From: Pseudovirgaria hyperparasitica
Taxonomy: Eukaryota
NCBI GenBank assembly: GCA_010093815.1
Contig: ML996582.1
Reading direction: 5' to 3' (one strand)
Length of the DNA stretch: 64,000 nt
Numbering within the stretch: position 1 is the first letter of the stretch; each line of letters begins with the position of its first letter. The position numbers and the translations under genes are program-made. The notes under the pieces are model-generated. The model saw only the letters and a program-made list of their open reading frames with translations, searched no databases and was not told the DNA's origin. Shown piece after piece: positions 25,968 through 37,286 of this stretch.

Positions 25968-28900
25968 TTAGTTTAGATCTATACTAATTAATACTAATAT
26001 ATCTCTTTTATCTAGCGTTTATGGTTTTTTAGTTTTAATTTTAAAGCGATCTTACTTCTTCTAGATAGATTAGTATAAGTTTATATAGATCTATATAGAT
26101 CTTTATATTTTCTTTTAGCTTTCTTAATTTTATCTTTCTTTAATAATAACTTCTTTAATCTCTTTAGTAATCTATACCAATCTATACCAATCAGCACCAA
26201 TTTTCAATGTCCATTTCTCTTAGTAAATTATTTTTCTAAGTCTCTTTTTTAGTTAAATTTTTTAAAGTTCTAAGTTCGAACTTTCTAAGGAAGTTTCTTA
26301 ATTCCTTAGAATGTTTTAAAGATCTATATCTCTTTTACCTTCTTCCTTTTAGGCGGCCATCCTCAGCGCCAAACTATACTAAAAAACGTTAAATCACCAT
26401 ACTTTAGTATAATTCTCTATAATTCCGTAGCTTCCTTTACTAATCGCTACTTATATACTAATATTACTACTTTACTAATATTTATTATAGGTTCCTAAGT
26501 ATCTTCGTTAGAATTATATCCTTTCTAATAAATTTTATATAGCTATATACTATCTTCGGCGCATTACTAGCTAAGTATCTACTTAACTTTATAGATATCT
26601 ATACCTTCTTACGTAACTACTTTATATAGTATCTATTTAGAACGATCTAGTAATAATAAGGTATAAAATAGCTCGAGAAGCGTAATATAGAATATATTAT
26701 ATATCTTTAATATAGGAGGGAGTTATAACTCGTACGCCTAGTTATTAATTACACGAGTAATCTTATATAGATCTATTATTATATAGTTAAGCTTCTTCTT
26801 TAGTCTAATACTATAAATATTCTTACTATTTAGTAAAACTTTATCCCTAACATTAAAGATTATAGGTTTTCTACCCTTATTATAGTACGATTTACTATAA
26901 TTCATAGTATCTTATAGTAACTTTATAATGCTTCTTTATATTTAGAATAGTTCTATAGTAATTTCTATTACTTTAACGTTAGGTCGTTCTACTTTAAACT
27001 AAGTCCCTAAGAACTATATATTATAGTTCTAACCGAAGTTTACTTCGAACGGACTTACGTAGATTAACGTATATCGGCTATTATTATACGCGAATTCCGC
27101 GATATAGACTAACCTTACCTAGTTATTCTACTTATAGTTATAATATATATATAAATACACCTCGACTATCTAATTCTACCGCTCTATCTACCTATCTATT
27201 TATAGATAGAATATAGTACTAAGTTTCTACTTAATTCCTAGTATATAGTAGAAATCCTTCTAAAATTTAGATATTATCTATAGACCTCTATCTAAAACTA
27301 TACCGTTTAGTATACTATAGAGCTAGACTATATTACGGAGTAGTATATCTATAAGATCCGGTGCTTAGATTATCTTTCTTATAGAGATATAGTATAATAT
27401 CTTTATAAATCTATCTAGAACTACAAGTAAACTATTATAAATATACCTAGAATACTTACTTAGGGGTAGATCTATAATGAAATCCATCGATAATTCCTTC
27501 CATGCCTCCTTTAGTATAGGTAATGGCCTTAATTTACTATATAGTAAGTATCTATATACTTTCGTATACTAGTAAACGTTATACGTTTTTATATAGTCTT
27601 TTATATATTTATAAAGACCCGGCTAGTCGTATATCCTTCGGATTAAATCGACCGTCCTTATAATACCGAAGTGCCCTACTAACGTGTAATCGTACTATTC
27701 CCTTAAAACATTAATTTATAAGCCGCCTTCTAGCACGTAGAGTCGGCCTTAGAAGTAGATCGCGTCTAATTATTGTTTCTACCTTAATAACCACGGTAGA
27801 TCTATAGCGCTTCCTTTTATACTTATAACTTTCTTTACTAATATATCGGAATTCTAGGTAGATTTAATTAAGTCTTTAAGGGTTTTCTTAGTTTCTTAGA
27901 CGTTTATTTAGATTACTTAATACCCGCTCTAATTCCCGCGGAGAATCGCCGAAAGTNNNNNNNNNNNNNNNNNNNNNNNNNNNNNNNNNNNNNNNNNNNN
28001 NNNNNNNNNNNNNNNNNNNNNNNNNNNNNNNNNNNNNNNNNNNNNNNNNNNNNNNNNNNNNNNNNNNNNNNNNNNNNNNNNNNNNNNNNNNNNNNNNNNN
28101 NNNNNNNNNNNNNNNNNNNNNNNNNNNNNNNNNNNNNNNNNNNNNNNNNNNNNNNNNNNNNNNNNNNNNNNNNNNNNNNNNNNNNNNNNNNNNNNNNNNN
28201 NNNNNNNNNNNNNNNNNNNNNATTTTATAGGAAAAGAAAGCGACCGGGTACTATTACACCTTATCTTTCGTATCTTTATATAGTTAACTAATAATTCTAG
28301 TAATTACGAATTCTAACGCGTTAGTTTCGATCTAAATATACTTCTTAGAATTAAAATATCTAAGAATCGGCGTGGTTATAAAGTAATTCTTTAATAATTA
28401 GAACGTATCTTACGCTTCCGGCGTTAACTATATCTCGACCGACTTAGCTTTACGCTATACTCGCCTATCTATAGGGATTTTACCGCCATTCTCTATAAGT
28501 TTATTAAGCGGCGCCGTAATTCGTAAGAAGTCTATAATAAATTTACGATAATAGTTCACGAAACCTATAAATGTTCTAATTTAATATATAGTAGTAGGTT
28601 CTAGCCATTCCATGATGGTCTTTACACGCTCTAGCTCTATTTTTAGGCCGCTATATATTATAATAAAGCTGAGAAACCTAACTTCTTATTAGTGAAACTT
28701 ATATTTAGATAATTTTACGTAGAGTTTATACTACCTTAGACGATTTAGTACTAATTTCACGTGTTCTTTATAATTCTATATACTATCGGAGTAAATTAGT
28801 ATATTATTAAGATAAACTACGCAAATCACGTTAAGTAATCCTATAAGTATAGTATTAATATATTCTTAAAACGCTTCTAGTGCATTTATTAGCCCGAATA

Positions 28901-31547
28901 GTATAATAGTATACTTAAAATAACTATATCTAGTCCGAAATACGGTTTTCTACTTATCTCCGCGATAAATTTAAAGCTAGTAATATATATCTCGTAAATC
29001 TAGCTTCGTAAAGTACTTTACCTTTATTAATTAGTCTAAAGATTTACTAACTAGCGGTAATAGATGACGATTCTTCTTAGTTACCGTATTTAGTATCTAA
29101 TAGTCGACGTATAGATATAAACTTCCGTCTTTCTTCTTTACGAAGAGAATAGATACGCTAGCCGATAACATACTATAACGTATCTAGCCTCTTTCGAGAT
29201 ATTCTTTAATATATTTATAAAGAACTTCGAGTTCTAGTCTCGAAAGTAGGTAAAGTAGACTATAAGGGATGTCTACTCCCTCTTTAAGCTCGATCTTTAG
29301 CTTATATAGCCTATAATTAGGAAGAAGTAACGCATCTCCTACCGAAAACACATCTATATACTACGAATATACGTCGGGTAGCGTGTCTTCGCCCTAATTA
29401 TTACTATCGTCCTTATCTTTATTAATAATTAATAAGGACGTAAGATAGATTAGTAACGATTAGGTCTACACGGCGAGGTTCTATACCTTCTTACTAATAG
29501 TTACGACTTACTAGTATAATTTACCACGGTATCATTAGAACGTTAATATCTCCTTCTAAAAATTAAGAATAGGATTTAGGCGTCTAAGCTAAGGTATCCC
29601 TAGAATTATATTCTATTAGCTAATATTAGCCACGATAAATTCATTAGACATCTACTATTTTATTATCTTCGAGTTATGAACTTCGTAATTTATTATAGCT
29701 TTATCTAAAGTTCTAACTTCATGTCTATTAACTACGATAGTTCGGCTAACTTTACTAAGATTATATAATAATCTATACTCCTTTATAAGAATTAACGAAA
29801 TATAGTTATCTTCTATACTAGTATCTACGAGGGCCTATATAGTTTTATTACTATTTACTATAGGTAATAATACTTTTAGTAATATTAGGTCTTTACTCGC
29901 TAGAAGGCGCTACGGCTCCTTCTAAGTATATATAATTTAGCTAAGGACGCGGTTAGGTCTCGTGTACTAGCCTATTCTTTTTTCGGATTCTTATAGTTAG
30001 GCGAAATATATTCTATTTCTCTATACTTATAGTAACGAAGTATACTATAATCCTACTATTTTATAATAGGCGTTATATTTAAGTCTATACCTTATTCTTT
30101 TCCGTGTTAAGAAGCACCGCCTTAATTATTTTGGTATTCTCTTAACGCGTTTCTACCCCGATTTACGCTCTTCTAGCGCTAATCGCGGTAAGGTTACTCT
30201 TAATCGAACGTATTTAATCGACCTCGTTTCTAACCCGTATAGGGTTCGTCGGTTTTACCTAGAGAGCCGCGTTCCTTAAGGATACGGTAGTATTTATTAG
30301 CTTTCTCCTCTAATTCGTATAGATAGTTAAAACTTAATAATACTATTTCTAGTCTTTCGCGGATTAACGGAAGTAGTACTTCGTAAAACTAGAATATATA
30401 AATATTTTCCTATAGTATAGGGATATTATCCTATAGGTTTTAGAGGTATTATAGTAGTTAAGTAGGTGTCTAGTTCGGTCGTTATGCTACGCTTCTTAAC
30501 TTAGATAGTACCTTTCTTTTACGTTCTCTATCCGTTCTAAGGGTGTTTAGTATAAATATAGCTAAATATTCCTAGGTTATCGTAGATAGTAACTATACTT
30601 CCTTCTATCTATCCTATTAATCGTAGAATTATAAGTCTAGATATTATTCTCCGAACGAAATGCGTTATACTTTAGTAGAAAAGAGTAGAGGGTTATTAAG
30701 GAAGTACTTTTCGTAGTCTCTCTTCTAGTCTTTCTACTCCTTTTAGTTCTTCTCTATAAATATAGTCGGGTCTTTAGATTTCAGTATACCTAGGGAAGGA
30801 GTAGAGTAAATCAGTAACAAAGCGGCCGGGTATATAGTAGATTATCATAACTCTAATAGTAGGTGAACTAATTCCGCCTAAATTAGTATAGAAAGTCGTC
30901 TATCTACTATCGTTCGGCGTAGTTCTTTAAGAGACTCCTTAAGTTCTCGTCTCTTTGCGAGGAGTTTCGCGCGTTCTACCTATTCTTTAAGGGTTTAAAT
31001 CTCTCGAGCCTAATTCGCGACGTATTCCTAAAGTTTAGTAATGGTTTATTATAATACCTCGCGTGGCTCCGCCACGACTCGTTATCCGGCTTTATATTAT
31101 TAGAAGTTACTCGGCGTATCTACTATTTCTTCGTCTAAAAGCTCCGTGATTCGGTCTAATATTTCTACTTCTCGGTTAGAAACGGCCGGGATTAATACCA
31201 ATTATAGAGGATCCCTATTATTTAATATAGTATTACTTATCCCTATAGTGGATCGTATCGACCTTCTTGGTTCTAGTTAGACTATCTTAACTATAGTACT
31301 ATATAGGGAGTAATTCGAATGTAAGAATAGGGTTATTAGATAGTAGTATAGTTAGATAGAATAATAGGGTATATTCTATTATAGAACGAATTACTACTAA
31401 ACCCTTTCGGTAGAAATCTAAGAGTATATATATAAAGGGACGCCGATCTATCTAGCACGTAACTATTTACCGCCCTTCACGTCACCTCCTAACCCTGTTA
31501 GCTAAGGTACGTGTAGGTCGGGTCCTACCTAAGGCTAAGTCCTAATA

Positions 31548-32623
31548 GTAGCGGTAGATTTCTAAACGTCTATCGATTAACTTATCCGTAACTAAATAGT
31601 TAATACTCTAGAAGAACTAAGTCCTCTAGTAGTAATATAAGCTATTATTATAAGCGGCTAGTAAGAGTATAGAAAATATAAAATTACTAGTGTCCGGTAT
31701 ATAATAGAAAACTTTTAAGCTAAATAGTAAGATACGGAAGCGATAGAGTTATAGATACCTAGTTTAATCTATATATAGTTTCGTAACCGGTAAATAGAGC
31801 GTTCTTAAGCTCTAGAGAGTTAAGTTTATAGTAATACGACGAGTCTATTCTACTTATACCGTGTACTAGAAGGAGAATATTTTACTAGCCTATAATAAAG
31901 TAGTTAGTATAGGTAGTATAGTAAGGAGGAGGTCGCTTAAACTAGCGATTATTCTATTATTACTATATTAACTAAGATAGTCTAGTAAAGAGGACTTAGT
32001 ATTCGAAGTATACGAACTAGTAGATACTAGCTTTTAGCTACTACTTTATTAAGATTATTAATAAGTTAAGTTATATTAGTTATAAAGTATACTATTTTCT
32101 ATATATATATCCGGTTGGTTGTATTTATATAAACGACCGGTTCGCAACTACCTACATTAATTATACATGGTGTATACTACTACTATAGCTGTAATATTAC
32201 TAGCCCTAATAAAAAGAAAGAATACTTATAAGATAATTCGCTTAAAGTCTTAATTCTATACTTACTTACTAAATAACCTTAACGAATATACTCTAAATAC
32301 TTATTAGACTTTACGAATACCGCTCTATAGATTAAGCTATACTTCTTATAAAACGAGTAAGGGAAGAGTATCTCGTTACCCTTATAATTAATTAAGATAG
32401 ATAAAGTAACTCTCTATTTCGCTAGATTAGACTTAGAAGACTTAACTAATTTTATAACCCTAGGTATAATAAAAGAAAAGGAAGAAGGGCTCCTTACTAA
32501 AGAAAGTTAGGATAACCCTCTACTTATAAGTAGCCGCGAAAGTACTTCGGGATGAAGTACCCTAGAAGAGGTATTATATAATAAATTACTAGCTAGAGCT
32601 ATAGAAAGATACGTAGACTCTAG
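31548..32623. other. Unidentified RIP'd sequence (probable repeat fragment)
   Basis: RIP signature present, but no match to other elements in the window and no motif recognised. Confidence 0.4.
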
Positions 32624-33105
32624 TATAAGTAGTATAAGGGATAGTATAATACGTAGAAGAGGGGCCTATAATATAATAGGTAGCCTTAGATAATAATCTA
32701 AGGCTAAGGTAGGCATCTATAGGGAGAGCTAATTATAGGTACTTAGAATAGGTATTCTAAGTAGTCTACTAGATAATTAGAAATAGAATATTAGTATTCT
32801 AAGTAACGTACTAAATACTTAGAATAAGTATTCTAATTAGCGGACCTTAGTAGAACTATATAGACCCTTTAGACCTAATCTCTAGAGATAGTTCTATAGT
32901 AATTAATTTAAACTTATACTAATATAATTACTACTTTACTCGCCTACTAGCTAGTTACTATTTATACTCTATTAATACTTACTATAAACCTACTTATACT
33001 CCTCTAAGCCTTCTAAGTACCTTTACCTTTAGAAAAGCTAGGATACTCTATATAATAGACTACTTTAGAGATAAGCCGTATCCTTAGTAGAAAAGGTTTA
33101 TTATA
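32624..33105 (+). repeat. Family C LTR, probably solo or recombinant
   Basis: Copy of 210-691. No PPT upstream, no family C internal sequence downstream, and the 5-bp flanks differ (TCTAG versus ATAGA). Confidence 0.8.
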
Positions 33106-36100
33106 ATAGATCTAAGAGTTCCTTTATTTTTCTAAAGTAGCGCCCCTCTAAGCGTAAACCTACTATAGTCTATCTTAAGGAACGTCTTCTAATAAGGGTC
33201 CTAGTATACTATAACTAGGGCCTCTAAGAACTTCTTCTTTAGGGCCCGGAATAACTTTTCCTTATTATTTTTCTAGAAGAACGGGGTATTCTTACCGGTA
33301 AGTACTATAAGAGGTCTAGCTAGCTTAGAATAGTTTATAATAAATATCCGGTAGTAGTTATAGAACCTAAGAAACTATTATACTTCCTTCTAGGTATTTA
33401 GCTTCTACTAGTCCTTTACTACTTCTAGCTTCTCTAGATTAGGGCCTATACCTTTTCTATTAGTATATATAATAAATCTAAGGTACTTAATCTTTTTATA
33501 AGTAAACTTACTTTTCCTAGAGTCTAGATAGAGGCCTCTATTCTAGAGCTTCTAAAGGATAATATATACTTTACTAAAGTAGTCTTTCTTTAACCTATTT
33601 AAGTAGATAATTATATTATCTATATAGACTAAAGCGAAGTTATCTAGCTATTCTTATAGTAAGGAGTTAATATACTATTAGAAGGTTACTAGAGTCTCTA
33701 ATAACCTAAATAGATATACTATCTATTTAAACGACCCTAGCCGAGTTCTAAATACTATCTTATATTTATAGCTAGGGGCTATATAGATCTAGTAGAAGGC
33801 GGTAATAACGTCTACCTTAGTTAACTATTTAGCGTCTATTAGATTTTAGAGGGTCTCTAGTATTAGTAGTAAGGGGTATTAGTCGGGCTTAGTAATAGTA
33901 TTTAAGGCGTGGTAGTTATAATAGAACTAGAGTTCTCTACCGGGCTTTCTTATAAATAATATAGAAGCTACGGCTTCTAATATAGTATACTAAATTAGCT
34001 CTTTTACTAGGAGGTCTCTTAGAAGTTTTACTAGTATAAGGAGCTCGTCCTTTACTATACTAAATAGTTACCCCTATAGTAAGTCTATTAGTATTCTATT
34101 AGCTTTCTTATATATCTTAATTTTATAATTAATATCTAGTCGGTACGGCGTAAGTTTATCTACTTCCCTTTTAGAAAATAGTAGAGCTATATTCTAGAGT
34201 TATAGGGGTAGTATCTTCCGTATCTATTCTAGTAATAGCTCTTTCTTCTTCTCTAGCGCCTTATAGATATTCTCTATAGATACTACGTTTACTATAAGGG
34301 CCCCTTTAGAATTCTTATATTCTTTTATAGAGTCCGTTATAAGGAGGCGGGCTCTATACACTAACCAACTACACTAAAAGGACCGAATCTTAAAGCTACT
34401 GCTTCAAGGGTGGAGCACACTACTTATATATAACTACTACACACATGTATAATTAACTAGTAGGCACGTGCCTAATAATATCTCCCCTTTTTAAAGGCGC
34501 GTGCCCTTACGCGTCGTGGGCATCTACCTTATAAAAGATAAACTAAACTAGCTATAATAGGCCTAGTATACGCGCTAGCCATACTAGGCCTAGCATAAAC
34601 CATGTACATATAATTAATATTCGCAATACCGCCTCTAGTACTAGACACGCTAACTTACCGTAGTAACGTTACTACTATATTATCCGTTATATATATAAAG
34701 TATATATAACGTAGCAAGCTAAACGGAATCATGCGAAATTTAATAATAGTTAACTAGACCGAGAGTTAAACCCGTGACCCCGTAGTAGCTTTAAGATTAT
34801 ATAAGGAGGCGGGCTCTATACACTAACTAACTACACTAAAAGGACCGAATCTTGAAGCTACTACTTTAAGGGTGGAGTACACTACTTATATATGACTACT
34901 ACATACATGTATAATTAACTGGCAGGCACGTGCCTAACATCCGTCTACTCTTTAGTAGTCTCTAGCTTATAGTAGTTAAGACCTTCGTCTACCTATTACT
35001 TTACTTAGCTATAGTAGTACCGTTACTTATTAGACGCGGTCTATACCTTATTATACGCTTTCTAAGGGTTTCTAAGGATAAGCGGGAAGGCTAAGTTAGA
35101 TACTATATAAGCGTAGATATCTTATCTATAATTATCTATCTCTATATAAAACACGATAACTCTATAAATTTCGGAGTCGTTTATAGTATCTATTACTCCC
35201 TTAATTATACGCTTTATATAATTTATATAGGGGAGTTCTAGACCTTCTATTAGATCTTCTTAAATTATAGTATAGTACTAGTAGCCTTTATTAATAAGTA
35301 TAAAAGTTCTAATAGCTTTTTAGAGAACTATATCTATATCTATAAGGTTTCTATCTATTATACTTTAGAACTTAGTCTATCTATCTACTAGTACGTTCTC
35401 TATTTTCTACTCTTAACTTTAAGAGAGAGTTATATATTTTCTAAGTACTTATTACTAGAATCTATAAGATTATCTTTAATCTCTAATAGAGGTATAATTT
35501 TAACTTAATTAATCTTTATAATTCTTTTAGAGGTTAAGAAGGGGTTAGTATATAGGTAGTCTTTAATCTAGTATTCTAATACCCTATAACGGAAGTAGAG
35601 CCCTTCTTTCTAGTATCTATCTCTTTCTACTTAGTTAATCTACTTTACCTTCGGTATCTTCTCTATCTTATAGTAGGATCTAGATTCTTTCTTCTAGTCT
35701 CTACTTATATATATAGGGTCTATAATAGTATCTCTATTCTTATTCTATTTAGCTACGGTATAATACTTATATAACCTTATAGCTACCGTGCTTTTTATTA
35801 TAGTAACTATATCCTTTTTCTACTTCTTATTAGCTGCCTTAAACTACTTAGTATCTTCTAAGTTTATTATCATTCTCTTAATCTCTTCTATAAAGCTATA
35901 GTAGTCTATAATCCTTAGCATAGAGACTATATATATATAAGCGGGATTTAAGAAGGTGTTTTAGAGATAGCTAATTTTTATACTATCTTTCTAGTTATCT
36001 CCGCTAGTACTTAGTAGAAGCCTATTAAATTTAAGTTAGTATTTATACTAAGGTTAGCCGTTTATATATTTAAGTAATAAAAGCTTTTCTAAGGTCTTAG

Positions 36101-36879
36101 CCTTCTTATTACTATCTATAAATATATATTTAAGTTATATAAAGAAGGCTTTAGGGTCCTTACCTTTTATAGAGTCTCTCCTTTTCTAGAAGTATTATAT
36201 TTAGTTTCTCTTATATACTAGTAGAGTATTATAGACGGCGTCCTAGTAGTAATCTAGAGATAGCTTTAGCTTAAGCGCGGATTATACCTTATAGAAGCTA
36301 TATAACTATAATAGATAGTCTTAGAAGGTAGCTACTTTACTATTCTATAAGAGCGGTTTCTAGTCCCTAGATTCTAATAGTTCCTAGTTAGTTTATAGGG
36401 TTAAGATTATCTTTTTAAGTAGAGACTTTAGTAGTTTATTTATAGTAGAGCTTAATTAATTCTAGAAGGCTTAGTTCCTTATAGTAAGAATCTCTTATTT
36501 AAGGGCTTACTAGTATTATAGTAGATTAAAGATTGCCTCTTTAGTACTTTATAACTCTATATTTAGACCTAGGTCTTAGCCCGGCTCGCCCCTAGCGTTA
36601 CTCTATATATTATCTCTAAAGTCTATAGTAAAGTACTTAGAGAGTGAAATAGAATTAAACTTAATATTATAGAAATATAATATATATATAGATATAAGAG
36701 TATTTATAGAATATAGTAAGTTTAATAAGAGAGAAAGCCGGAGTCTACTTAGCTTCCTTAAGATATAGAATAGAGTATACTATTAAAAAGGGGCTTACTA
36801 AGCTTCGTTAAGTAAGGAGAGAGTAGTAGTATAGGCGTAGTATACTAGCGTTAAGTATACCTAGGGTCTACCCTTAACA
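33106..36879 (-). mobile_element. Ty3/Gypsy element D, 5' half (LTR, gag, PR, RT, start of RNase H); truncated and carrying TRIM-3
   Basis: Putative LTR 36668-36879 ending ...TTAACA. Minus-strand RT VYIDD (RIP'd) ~33615-33630, AKWLTKVDVITAF-like ~33800-33835, RNase H start (FLEIDCSGFALGGALLQ-like) ~33135-33185. Confidence 0.85.
34338..34939 (-). mobile_element. TRIM copy 3 (appears least RIP-mutated)
   Basis: Reverse complement of 823-1424. TSD TCCGT at 34333-34337 and 34940-34944. Retains several CA/TG sites lost in the other copies. Confidence 0.94.
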
Positions 36880-37286
36880 TATTCTTACGTCTAGCTAGGT
36901 ATATACCTCTATATTTAAAGGCGCTCTAGATAGATATAGAGGAGGTATTAGAGGTCTATAGTACTATATATTAGTTATACTATCTCTTTAATACTATACT
37001 ATATAGTTATAGATACTATATAAGCGTGGTATAGTAGTAATAGATAAAAATGTCGATTATACTAAATCGTGCGTGTTGGTGACAGGGCGAACATCGGGCG
37101 CCAAGCTTTCCCATGCAACTATGGATATACGGATTAGCTGAAACAGACGCGTTTTTCCCGATACACGCGAACCATGTCCAAGCCCATGTTACTTTCCACC
37201 ACGACCATGACTCTCTTGACTTCAGCCCGAATCTTTGCTTGACCAAGATCTCTGGATACGCTACTCTTCCTCGTTTGTAAGCAACA

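Larger units (their letters stand above)
23668..31547 (-). mobile_element. Ty3/Gypsy chromovirus family B, unit 2; shares the middle LTR with unit 1
   Basis: LTRs at 23668-23895 and 31320-31547; internal sequence colinear with unit 1. RT YLDD 28803-28814; chromodomain WKGYDSNEDTWEP (de-RIP) ~26490-26530. Confidence 0.94.
1..37050. other. RIP-mutated AT-rich repeat compartment (nested retroelements)
   Basis: Near absence of CA/TG and large excess of TA dinucleotides. Recognisable retroelement motifs are interrupted by TAG/TAA. Paired copies differ mostly by C>T and G>A transitions. Confidence 0.97.

Noticed and set aside
206..33109. LTRs 210-691 and 32624-33105 as the two ends of one giant nested element with an ATAG TSD
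   Set aside because: Only a 4-bp match in TA-rich DNA, no PPT before the second LTR, and the outer flanks do not rejoin into a continuous host (RNase H of D does not continue into 1-209).
823..34939. Repeated 140-bp units as a CRISPR-like array
   Set aside because: Eukaryotic context; the repeats are paired LTRs with TSD and PPT, not repeat-spacer arrays.
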